Below, in pieces: positions 45,396 through 54,215 of a stretch of 64,000 nt of DNA. Source of the stretch: Candidatus Woesebacteria bacterium (GTDB lineage: Bacteria > Patescibacteriota > Microgenomatia > UBA1400 > PJMF01); the NCBI GenBank assembly GCA_017999345.1, contig JAGNLY010000003.1, positions 4,138 through 68,137 of the forward strand, in the 5' to 3' direction. Every line of letters begins with the position of its first letter. The first letter of the stretch is position 1. The position numbers and the translations under genes were made by a program. The notes beneath the pieces were generated by a model that ran no database searches, was not told the DNA's origin, and saw nothing but the letters and a program-made list of their open reading frames with translations.

Positions 45396-47711
45396 ATGCA
45401 TTTTTCTCCTAAAAAGACTATTTTTTTATCAATATTTGCTTGTTTTCAATTATTGATATTTTTAACTTTTTCAACAATGTACTCTTTCATAGTAATTGCG
45501 TTTTTTTTATCTTTTTTACTTTTTTATTCTTGGTATTTCAAGTTAAAAATGGCCTTGGATTTAAAAATCTTATTGCCTTGGATTTCATTTATTGTTTTAT
45601 TGGCAATTTCATCAATATTTACGCACAGTATTTCTTTAACTTTAGATGAAGTTATTTTTCATCTAGCATCATTTTGTATTTTCATGTTCTTTTTAAGTTT
45701 GGGTGAAAGTAGAATCTTTTCTAAGTCTGATTTTATTTCAACTTTTCTAATTATTGGCATAGTTTTTTCTATTTTTTTCATAGTATTCTTTAGTTTTTCA
45801 AATCTGACATTTTTTTTGCCACCATTAAATATCTTCACAGCAGTTAACGGGCATAGTCATATGGCGGCTGTATTGCTAATTTTAATACCGCTTTCATGGA
45901 TATTTGCTTCATCAAATAAATATTCAAACTTTAGTCATCGATACCTCTTGGTAGTTTTATTTTATATTTTGTTAGTGTTAAATTTTGGAAGATTTTCTAT
46001 TTTATTAGCTTTAATCCAATTACCATTTTTATATCTATCAATTTCAAAGAAGGTTATAAATAAAAAATATTTTTTAATGGCTATTTTTTTATTAGTATTT
46101 TCAATTATATCGATTGGCTATTTTTCATTTGATGATAGAAAAACTTGCAAAGTTAGAGAGTTTGATCTTCAGTTGTGCAAACCACTTGTTCATGAAGCCA
46201 GACCTGATTATTTTAGAAGAGCAATTTTAGGAATAAAAGACTTTCCATTTTTTGGCTATGGTCCTGGTACGTATAGGCTATTAAGTGCAAAATACAACTT
46301 TGATAATAAAAATTTATCAACTTTTGCTCATAATGTGTTTTTGGAGATGTATGCTGGATCTGGAATTTTTGTTGGCACTGCTTATTTAGTGTTAATTTTT
46401 ATTTTGTTTAAATTAATGTTTTCAGTACGAGAAAATGGATATAACACCATTATTTTAATTGGTTTAATGGGGTTGCTGCTGAATTCCTTTATGGATTATG
46501 ATTGGAATGGTTTTCCAATTTATCAAATGTCGATGATTTTTATTTCATTAGTGCTTTGGGATTATCAACAAAAAAAATCGTATTCTAGTAAAATTTCTAG
46601 TAAATTAATATGGAATTTATTAACTATATTAATAATTATTTTAGGATTAGTAAATTTAACAACGAAGTTATTAATCAACTTTGATAGAGATGAAGATGCT
46701 TTTAATTTTTTTCCACACTTTTATTTTCACTCAAATTATTTTTTAACCGAATCAAATATAACTAATGATCAGAAAAAAAAGTTATACGAACTTAATCCTT
46801 ATGACGAAAAGTATGTTTATCAAAATATTTCTGAATCAACTGATCCACAAGAAAAGTCTTTATTGTATGGGAGGCTTTTGGACATATCACCTTTGATTTC
46901 TATTAATTCTTCATATTTTGATAATTTGAAGCAAATTAATGACTACGAAATGTTGGCAAGTGTCGCCACTAAAGGATTCAATTTATTAAACCAAGCAGAA
47001 GTTAATTCTTATTTGCAAAAAGATAGACTTAAAAGTGAAATTTTAAGTGTTATTCATGAAGGATCGATAAGTCTTATTGAAAGTGGTAATTTAGATAGTG
47101 CAATAAATTACTATGACACTATCTTAGAAGTTGTTTTTAATGTGTCTTTGGAAAATAATTTTCATGTTTTTTATAGTGAGTATTACTCTCTATGGAGTTC
47201 TAATTTAAATACTTTTTTTGATAAACTTTATAAAAAAGACCCAGAAAAAGTCAGATTTGAGCTTCAAAAAATATATTCTTATGATGCTAACTCTAAAAAA
47301 AGAGATGGGGAAGTAACAGTTTTTGCATATGATATTCTTTCTGCATATGCTGTAAAACTTGCTAAGTCAGATTTGGAGAGCGGAAGGTTTTCAGATTCGG
47401 CCAAGATGCTTGTTATAGCTCAAAGTTTTAATAAGTGGGTTTTAAATGAGCTTCCAGATGATTTTTTTGATCTATTGAATGCTGATGTTGAAAATGAAAA
47501 AATATTTTGGTTGGCTATGGATGAATTTCCAGACGAATATTTTGTTAAGTTTAGTGGTTTAGCATATGAAAAGAATACCATTCTTCTTTTAGAAGAATCT
47601 GACTATGATGCTTTTAAAAAAAGGCTAGAAAGAATTTTAAAAATTGCTCATTGGATTGAAAATACCCAAGAATATAAAGATCTCTCAGAAAAATTTCTTC
47701 AAGATAATTAA
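45396..47711 (+). CDS. Wzy_C (O-antigen ligase/oligosaccharyltransferase-like) membrane domain + C-terminal helical-repeat domain
   Basis: 771 aa. About 400 aa polytopic with FAHNVFLEMYAGSGIFVGTAYLVLIF (Wzy_C loop). About 330 aa soluble helical, TPR-like tail. Confidence 0.65.
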   Translation: MHFSPKKTIFLSIFACFQLLIFLTFSTMYSFIVIAFFLSFLLFYSWYFKLKMALDLKILLPWISFIVLLAISSIFTHSISLTLDEVIFHLASFCIFMFFLSLGESRIFSKSDFISTFLIIGIVFSIFFIVFFSFSNLTFFLPPLNIFTAVNGHSHMAAVLLILIPLSWIFASSNKYSNFSHRYLLVVLFYILLVLNFGRFSILLALIQLPFLYLSISKKVINKKYFLMAIFLLVFSIISIGYFSFDDRKTCKVREFDLQLCKPLVHEARPDYFRRAILGIKDFPFFGYGPGTYRLLSAKYNFDNKNLSTFAHNVFLEMYAGSGIFVGTAYLVLIFILFKLMFSVRENGYNTIILIGLMGLLLNSFMDYDWNGFPIYQMSMIFISLVLWDYQQKKSYSSKISSKLIWNLLTILIIILGLVNLTTKLLINFDRDEDAFNFFPHFYFHSNYFLTESNITNDQKKKLYELNPYDEKYVYQNISESTDPQEKSLLYGRLLDISPLISINSSYFDNLKQINDYEMLASVATKGFNLLNQAEVNSYLQKDRLKSEILSVIHEGSISLIESGNLDSAINYYDTILEVVFNVSLENNFHVFYSEYYSLWSSNLNTFFDKLYKKDPEKVRFELQKIYSYDANSKKRDGEVTVFAYDILSAYAVKLAKSDLESGRFSDSAKMLVIAQSFNKWVLNELPDDFFDLLNADVENEKIFWLAMDEFPDEYFVKFSGLAYEKNTILLLEESDYDAFKKRLERILKIAHWIENTQEYKDLSEKFLQDN

Positions 47712-48308
47712 ATTAATTGATTGAAAAATTAATTTTAAATCCAATATGCTTGACCCATGTTTTATCGTTTCAAGCTCGAGTTTTTTCCAAGCTTGAAGTG
47801 ACTTGTATCTATTTTTCGATATTGCCCATTTTGATAAAATTCCTGGCCTTACAAGATATCTAAAGTTCCATTCTGCTGGAAGTTTTTTTGCTTCATCAAG
47901 AGGTAGCGGGCGAGGTCCAACGAAACTCATTTCACCTTTAAGTATATTTAATAGTTGTGGCGCTTCATCAATTCCTAACTTTGAAATAATTTTGCCAAAT
48001 TTGATGAACCTTGGATCATCATTAACTTTAAACATAGGGTATGGGGCAGTGCTTAGTTTTCTGTACTTACTTTGTTGTTTTTCGGAGCCATTTTTCATTG
48101 TTCTAATTTTATAAATAGTAAAAGGAACTTTATCTTTGCCCATTCTTTTTTGTTTAAAGATAAAAGGTTTGCCAATCAGAAATATAAATAGGGGATAGAT
48201 GATCGCTAGAAATGGAATTATAAATAAAATACCACTTACAGATAAAATAATATCAAAAAATCTTTTTTTAAATGAATGGTAGTATGAATGAATAATATAT
48301 TTAGCCAT
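47685..48308 (-). CDS. small monotopic phosphoglycosyl transferase (bacterial sugar transferase, PglC/WbaP C-terminal type)
   Basis: FIFKQKRMGKDKVPFTIYKIRTM...DEAPQLLNILKGEMSFVGPRPLP. Confidence 0.88.
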   Translation of the reverse strand: MAKYIIHSYYHSFKKRFFDIILSVSGILFIIPFLAIIYPLFIFLIGKPFIFKQKRMGKDKVPFTIYKIRTMKNGSEKQQSKYRKLSTAPYPMFKVNDDPRFIKFGKIISKLGIDEAPQLLNILKGEMSFVGPRPLPLDEAKKLPAEWNFRYLVRPGILSKWAISKNRYKSLQAWKKLELETIKHGSSILDLKLIFQSINLIILKKFF

Positions 48309-48366
48309 GAAACATTTTGAATTTTATCACATGTAAATAAAGCTAGATTGTGGCAATTGTATAAAT

Positions 48367-50115
48367 TTAGACGCTAAATTTATTTTTATCGAGCTGTGTT
48401 GAGATCCAGAAGCTCCATAGTCCTGAAATTATGAAGAATAATCCTCCAAAGATTAATGCCATAGTAGTTCCAACTGATCCAGAAACTGGTGTTCCTTCGT
48501 CTGTGGCTAGATTTTCGGTTCTTGCCTCTGCTGTTGCTTCTGCTGAGTCAGTTGCTTCAGTTTCTGCCTCTTTAGTGGCTTCTGGTTCGGCAGTGGCTAC
48601 TTCCTCTTCCTCTTCTTCAATAGGATATGGGTTTCCTGAACCATAAGGAACTGAATTTCGATTTGATGTCGTACTAGATTGCGCAGCTGCTATTTCAGCT
48701 TGACTTACTGCATCAGCACTAACTGTAAAGTTCATGGTTTTTTTCACTACCATACCTGTGTTTGGGTCAATATAAGAGTAGTTGATTGTGTGTTCTCCAG
48801 GCTCTAATGTCTCCGACAGTTCTGCGATGTCTAATACAAACTCTCCATTTTCATTGGCAGTCAAAGTTTGTTCAATTTGGGCTTCAGAATGAACAGTTAT
48901 GTAAACTTCTGCACTTGGAAGAGCTTTTCCAACTACAGTTGGTTGAGTTGTTGTTACTGTCTGGTGGGTTTCCAATTCTAGGTCAACTTTCGTTACAACA
49001 GCACTCTCACTAGAATCATCATTGGTAAGATCATCAATTAATGCAGTTCTGTTGGAGTCATCAACTATCTCTTCTTCGTCTGTTGCTTCTTGTGAAGCTG
49101 CCATTTCCTCATCAATTTCTGCTTGCGCACGTGCTAATTCGGCAGCTTTACTTGCTTCATCTTGTTCGCGTGCTAATTCAGCGGCTTCACTGGCTGCTAA
49201 AAGACTATCTACGCTAGCTTCGCTATCTCTAATAGATTCTGGTTCAGTAATTGTTCCATCTTCATTTGAGGCAACAGTGTCTTTGCCAAGTGTAATGCCC
49301 TCAACTGGCTGAGATAGAGCAACAGTAGTAGCAAAAAAAGACTTTTGGGAACTAAGAGGACCCTGAACATTTATTATGACATTATCTTCATCCAAAATTT
49401 GTGCATAGGCGCTTCCATCCGTTGTTCTTGCATTAGAGAGGGGAATAGCCCAACTTCCAGATGCTTTAACCTGCGAAGACATAGTGCCTGCACCTTTTAC
49501 ATCCACATAAACTACAGATCCTTCAGCCGGAGCTCCTGTTTCTGTAGTCACACTTCCATAAATCGTTTTTGCTGCTGCTGGCACACCATTTCTTTTGGCT
49601 GTTTTAATCTTGAATGGTTCGCCATTATCGTCAAAAGTACTCCCACTTCCTGTGCCAAGAAGATAAAAGTAAGTAGTATCTTCTTGCAATCCTCTAATTG
49701 TGATGTGGTGGATTTGAAATTCGCCAACAGTGCCAGTTATTTGATCTCTGTCATCGCTAGCTTGAGAATTTAGACTATTTGCCTCAGTTCCATATTTTAC
49801 AAAACCAGCAACCAGATCATCAGTTAAAAATGAAATAGTAAAGCTAGTATCATGAACATTTGTAACTTTGACATTTTTTGGAGTTGTTTCAACAGAAGCT
49901 CTTGGAGCAAAAACTCCACCACCTTTTCCAATCAGAAGGGTGCCCGATATCAAAGCAACGACTAGAACAACAATTCCAAGTATTGTTGGAATTCGTTTGT
50001 CTAAAATCTTTTTTGGTACCTGAATCTTGTTCATAAATGGCAAGCTGTCAATCGAGTTTTTTTTATTTTTATCCATTAAAAAAAATAATCTAATTTTTAA
50101 TGATAATCCCTTCAT
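48367..50115 (-). CDS. large surface protein (FN3/PAP-N-like, CarboxypepD_reg-like and Ig-like domains, acidic coiled region, C-terminal TM)
   Basis: 582 aa. N-terminal anchor IPTILGIVVLVVALISGTLLI. VKVTNVHDTSFTISFLT...YFYLLG (FN3-like). E/A-rich AELAREQDEASKAAELARAQAE. C-terminal TPVSGSVG + TM + DKNKFSV. Start uncertain (50115, 50076 or 50034). Confidence 0.7.
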   Translation of the reverse strand: MKGLSLKIRLFFLMDKNKKNSIDSLPFMNKIQVPKKILDKRIPTILGIVVLVVALISGTLLIGKGGGVFAPRASVETTPKNVKVTNVHDTSFTISFLTDDLVAGFVKYGTEANSLNSQASDDRDQITGTVGEFQIHHITIRGLQEDTTYFYLLGTGSGSTFDDNGEPFKIKTAKRNGVPAAAKTIYGSVTTETGAPAEGSVVYVDVKGAGTMSSQVKASGSWAIPLSNARTTDGSAYAQILDEDNVIINVQGPLSSQKSFFATTVALSQPVEGITLGKDTVASNEDGTITEPESIRDSEASVDSLLAASEAAELAREQDEASKAAELARAQAEIDEEMAASQEATDEEEIVDDSNRTALIDDLTNDDSSESAVVTKVDLELETHQTVTTTQPTVVGKALPSAEVYITVHSEAQIEQTLTANENGEFVLDIAELSETLEPGEHTINYSYIDPNTGMVVKKTMNFTVSADAVSQAEIAAAQSSTTSNRNSVPYGSGNPYPIEEEEEEVATAEPEATKEAETEATDSAEATAEARTENLATDEGTPVSGSVGTTMALIFGGLFFIISGLWSFWISTQLDKNKFSV

Positions 50116-50209
50116 CTACTTTAGATAAATACTGTCAAGAAAGCAACGCGAACAAACTACGAATGTAATATACAAAATGAGTACAAAAGGTATCTGTTTA
50201 ATTTGAATT

Positions 50210-50698
50210 TTATTCTTGGCTCTGAGATGATTCTGAAGCAGTGTCAATTTTTGACGAATTGTCTTCTGATTCTAGAAGAGCATTTAGATTCTTTTTAGGT
50301 AGTGGAACAGCTGTGGCTTTTGGTTCAATATCGTCAATGGTGACTTCAATTGGAACCACTTTTTCATCTTTTCCATTTCTACTCACCAAAATCTTATAAA
50401 TTACGAAGGATGACAATTCCTGTTGAGTATATGAGTGTTTATCCTGAATTTTTAGCAAAGTATCTCTGTCAAAATTTGGAATAAGTGGCTTTGCGAGGTT
50501 AGTCAATTCTTTTGAAATTTCCTCTTTTGATTGAGAGGTAATTAAACTAATAGAAATCCAAAAAAGGATTGATACAAAAAGCAAAATAAGTATGGTCAAA
50601 AATTGCCTATTTGTTTTTAGACCCTGCAAATCCTTTTTGATTTCGCTTCTTGAGTTAGGGCTTGCTGATATAATTTCATTCATAGTTTTTTTATTCAA
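50210..50698 (-). CDS. hypothetical single-pass membrane protein (pilus-operon context)
   Basis: 162 aa. TM FLTILILLFVSILFWISISLI. 3 nt downstream of the pilO-like gene. Confidence 0.6.
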   Translation of the reverse strand: MNKKTMNEIISASPNSRSEIKKDLQGLKTNRQFLTILILLFVSILFWISISLITSQSKEEISKELTNLAKPLIPNFDRDTLLKIQDKHSYTQQELSSFVIYKILVSRNGKDEKVVPIEVTIDDIEPKATAVPLPKKNLNALLESEDNSSKIDTASESSQSQE

Positions 50699-50701
50699 AC
50701 T

Positions 50702-51337
50702 TTAAGAGTTTGGTTCTTTAGCTTCTGCTGTATCAACTCCAAAATAAGGAATATTTATTGTTATATTTGCGTTCAATTTTTTATTACCTTTTTCTTCCTC
50801 AAGTTCAAATGTAACTGACTCAATCACATAGCTTTTTCTTGAGTTTCTTAGCGTTTCTGCAAAATTTCTAATAGAAATATAATCTCCTGAAATACTAAGA
50901 GAGAAGGTTAGGTTTTGTTTTGATTTTTGTGAAAAAGGAATATTTTCACCAGTATTTTGAGGTAACTCAAAAATACTCATGCTTTTAATTAATACTTTAT
51001 TGTCGGCAGCAACTTTTTCAATAATTTTGGCACTTTTGATTATTTCTGGAGAAGATGGAATTGCCTCATCTAGCATTGGTAACATGGCTTCAATAGATAA
51101 ATACTCAGCTTGAGCTGTTTGCAATGCTGCAATTTTTTGAGTTAGCTGTTTTTCAAGTTTTTGTTTATTTTCAATTTCCTTAATTAGCTCAGACATGGTG
51201 AGAACCGTTGGCTTAATTGCGAAAATTGCTAAAAATAAGACTAGACCTACGGTTAGGAAAAGCTCCAAAGAAACCTTAGCAATTGGGTTTTTGTAAAAGT
51301 GGTTTAGTGTGCTAGTGATTTCGCTACTTTTTTTCAT
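50702..51337 (-). CDS. pilO: type IV pilus assembly protein PilO-like
   Basis: Short cytoplasmic N-terminus, TM, coiled coil (ELIKEIENKQKLEKQLTQKIAALQTAQAEY), C-terminal ferredoxin-like region (LTFSLSISGDYISIRNFAETL). Confidence 0.6.
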   Translation of the reverse strand: MKKSSEITSTLNHFYKNPIAKVSLELFLTVGLVLFLAIFAIKPTVLTMSELIKEIENKQKLEKQLTQKIAALQTAQAEYLSIEAMLPMLDEAIPSSPEIIKSAKIIEKVAADNKVLIKSMSIFELPQNTGENIPFSQKSKQNLTFSLSISGDYISIRNFAETLRNSRKSYVIESVTFELEEEKGNKKLNANITINIPYFGVDTAEAKEPNS

Positions 51338-51361
51338 CTTTTAAATAATTATTATTTCAAT

Positions 51362-51961
51362 TTATAACTCTTCCGTTTCAGGAGCTGCTTTTTTGGTAGG
51401 AGCCTTTTCAATTTTAACCTCTGGTTTTGTATCAGCTTTTATACTAAAGGATAATCCTGGATTATCTTTGCTGGATTCAATCTCGCTAACGTTTATGTTT
51501 GAAAATTTACTAGAAAGTTGTAAGTTATTTATTAACAAATTGAATGAATTTTGAGAAAGTGTTTGTCCAGCAATGATTACGTTTGTTGGTCTAATTGCAA
51601 GCTCGTTTAAAACAATTCCTTCAGGCATAACATTACTTATGCTTTCAAAAGTTTCAACAATATTTGTTTCCTGTTCAGTTTGTTTGTATTGGGTAATTTT
51701 TTCTTGGATTGTTCTAAAAGTTTCTTCTGTATCTCCATAAGATAAAATTATTTGTTTTTTTTGATTGATGGAGGAGTTGAGATCTGTGACTTGTCTATCA
51801 AGAGTGAATCTGGCAATAAAACTCATGATCACCACAAGTTCTGTAAAAATCACGATATATCTACCAGCAGACAAAGACCACTTCAAAATTTTTCCTATAA
51901 TTGTTGAAAAAAAAGGGTCTTTAGGAAGTAGATTAATTTCTATTTGGGCAGCTTTTTTCAT
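51362..51961 (-). CDS. pilN: type IV pilus assembly protein PilN-like
   Basis: N-terminal IEINLLPKD motif, then TM and coiled coil. Sits immediately upstream of the PilO-like gene. Confidence 0.6.
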   Translation of the reverse strand: MKKAAQIEINLLPKDPFFSTIIGKILKWSLSAGRYIVIFTELVVIMSFIARFTLDRQVTDLNSSINQKKQIILSYGDTEETFRTIQEKITQYKQTEQETNIVETFESISNVMPEGIVLNELAIRPTNVIIAGQTLSQNSFNLLINNLQLSSKFSNINVSEIESSKDNPGLSFSIKADTKPEVKIEKAPTKKAAPETEEL

Positions 51962-52030
51962 TACTTAAATTATTGTACAAGAAATTTTATTACTCTGCCA
52001 AACTAAATTAAAAGTATGAGTTTTGTTGGC

Positions 52031-53722
52031 TTAAACTAAATCATCATCAACCGATGATTCTATTAAAAACTCTTGAGATTCTTCAACACTTGATTTCCAT
52101 ATTTGACTAAAGCTTCTCATAGCTTTATTGATTAATTCTAGTTCTTTAATTTCAAAAATAGCTGCAAAATAAATGTATACGAGCATGCCGATGGTCGCAG
52201 TTGTGACGGTTAGGGCAATCAATTCAATTGTTTTGGTGGTGTCGAAGATAAGTTCGTCAAAGATTCTGAATGGAAGATAGAGAAAAATTGCCATCAAAAA
52301 TCCGGCTGAGACTATTTTTAATTGAGGCACGATCAATGCTTTTCCGATAAACTTTGGTATAAACCTGTTGAAAATAATCATAAATAGAAATAATTCCAGC
52401 AAAAAGCTAACAGAGCTGACTACTGCCAAGCCCAATATTCCATAATTTGTGTAGTTGACGACAATATATGAGGAAATTAGGTAGAAAGTGGTAAATAATA
52501 CCGAAATAATTAGTGGAGTTTTAGTGTCCTTTAGCGCGTGGAATCCTCTAATTAGAAGTTGAACCATAGCTTGAGCTGCGATAGATATCGTTAATATAGC
52601 CAAAACTTTTCCGGTTGTAATTGTTGAGTGCCAGCTAAAGTTATCTGTTCCAAATGCCAAACGAACAATTGGAACTCTCAAGATAAGTAGTAACACCGAA
52701 GTAGGAATTGCTAGGAAAGAAATTTGGTTTAACGATTGCAAGATTAAATCTCTAAATTTCTCAATGTTTTCATTTCCAGATTGTTGCGAGAGAAATGGTA
52801 GAGCAGCTTGACTTAGGGGTACACCAAATAATCTTACTGGGAACACAGAAAGATAAGTTGCATAAGAAATATATAGAAAACTAAGCTGTCCAATTGAGGT
52901 TGCAAAATATCCAAGCGCTAGGGTTTGAATTTGGCTAACTCCAATTGTTAAAAATCGAGCAGGAGAAAGCAGGAAAAGTTTTTTTACGCCAGGAAAATTG
53001 ATGTTTACAGAAAATGTTGGTTTGTATCCTAGTTTTAGAGCAAGAGGGATTTGCACAATCATGTGAAATAAAGCTCCAATAATTACTCCGATTCCAGCTG
53101 AGTAAATGCCAAAGGTTTTGTGGAAGACTGCCACACCAACAATAATTCCAAAATTGTAAATAATAGGTGCGATGCTTGGAACGATGAATCTTTTGTAAGA
53201 TTGCAATATTCCAGTCATCACGTTAGAAACAGCAAAGAAAACTTGTGCAAGCAACATTATTCTTGTTAGATTTATCACAATTGTTAATTGTTCGGCAGAG
53301 AGTTTATCGCCAATTCTTGCTAAAGTTAGTGGCTCCGCAAAAATATAAATTAGTACGCTTGTAGCCAGAAAAACTAAAAGTAAGATATTGAGAACTATCG
53401 AGCTCATCTTAAAAGCAGTTTCTTTGTTATGCTTCTCTTTTATTGATAGAAATATCGGAATGAATGAAGCTGAAAGTGCTCCAAAAATTAAAAGTTGAAA
53501 CAACATATCAGGAATTTGAAATGCAAGTGTCCAAGCTGTAACAGTTTCTTCATTAAAATATGACAAAATTGTTCTAGTTCTTACAAAACCAGAGATAATA
53601 GAGAGGATATTGGCTAAGGCAATAACTGCTGCAGCAGAGTTAATGCTTGTTTGTTGTTTTTCAAGCCACTTTCCGTTGTTGGTGAGAAGTTTGGCAAGTG
53701 TATATTTTGTAAATGAGAACAT
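52031..53722 (-). CDS. murJ: lipid II flippase MurJ (MviN family)
   Basis: 563 aa, about 14 TM, MOP-superfamily pattern (..TRTILSYFNEETVTAWTLAFQIPDMLFQLL.. and R/K-rich loops). Confidence 0.85.
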   Translation of the reverse strand: MFSFTKYTLAKLLTNNGKWLEKQQTSINSAAAVIALANILSIISGFVRTRTILSYFNEETVTAWTLAFQIPDMLFQLLIFGALSASFIPIFLSIKEKHNKETAFKMSSIVLNILLLVFLATSVLIYIFAEPLTLARIGDKLSAEQLTIVINLTRIMLLAQVFFAVSNVMTGILQSYKRFIVPSIAPIIYNFGIIVGVAVFHKTFGIYSAGIGVIIGALFHMIVQIPLALKLGYKPTFSVNINFPGVKKLFLLSPARFLTIGVSQIQTLALGYFATSIGQLSFLYISYATYLSVFPVRLFGVPLSQAALPFLSQQSGNENIEKFRDLILQSLNQISFLAIPTSVLLLILRVPIVRLAFGTDNFSWHSTITTGKVLAILTISIAAQAMVQLLIRGFHALKDTKTPLIISVLFTTFYLISSYIVVNYTNYGILGLAVVSSVSFLLELFLFMIIFNRFIPKFIGKALIVPQLKIVSAGFLMAIFLYLPFRIFDELIFDTTKTIELIALTVTTATIGMLVYIYFAAIFEIKELELINKAMRSFSQIWKSSVEESQEFLIESSVDDDLV

Positions 53723-53822
53723 TGTTTCAATTATAGAACATTTCTGATATAATTCCTGCCTAGCTCAAAAATTTTATATATTAGAAAGTTAGATTAATTA
53801 TAATTAGTATTAAACAATAAAT

Positions 53823-54182
53823 ATGCCAATATTACAAAACGCAAAAAAAGCACTTAGATCCAGCAAGAGAAAAGAAGTATTTAATTCAAGAATTAAATCA
53901 ATTCTCAAAACAATGGTTGATAAAATTAAAAAAGATCCAACCAAAAGTAATCTATCACTCGCATTTTCTAGTATAGACAAATCTGTCAAGAAAAATTTAA
54001 TGCATAAAAACAAGGCTGGTAGAATGAAATCACAGCTAAGTAAACTAGTTGGTGCTCCAAAAGATTCTAAAACAGAAAAGACAGCAACTTCCAAAGCAGT
54101 TAAGTCAGTTAAAAAAGTTGCAGCTAAGAAAAAAGTAGCCACCAAAACTAAAAAAACTGTTAAGAAGACAGTAAAAAAATAA
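53823..54182 (+). CDS. rpsT: 30S ribosomal protein S20 with Lys-rich C-terminal extension
   Basis: MPILQNAKKALRSSKRKEVFNSRIKS... is a typical S20 N-terminus. 119 aa, ending ...KKVAAKKKVATKTKKTVKKTVKK. Confidence 0.88.
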   Translation: MPILQNAKKALRSSKRKEVFNSRIKSILKTMVDKIKKDPTKSNLSLAFSSIDKSVKKNLMHKNKAGRMKSQLSKLVGAPKDSKTEKTATSKAVKSVKKVAAKKKVATKTKKTVKKTVKK

Positions 54183-54215
54183 CATCCTGTTTTTAATAGG
54201 TGAAGAAGGTGAAAA

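Noticed and set aside
49022-49773. Plus-strand ORFs of 96 and 142 aa (also 48431-48646 and 48786-49013)
   Set aside because: They are antisense to the 582-aa surface-protein gene. Their sequences are Ser/Ala or Cys-rich mirror frames with no start context.
53810-54145. 111-aa minus-strand ORF
   Set aside because: It is fully antisense to rpsT, which has an unmistakable S20 N-terminus.
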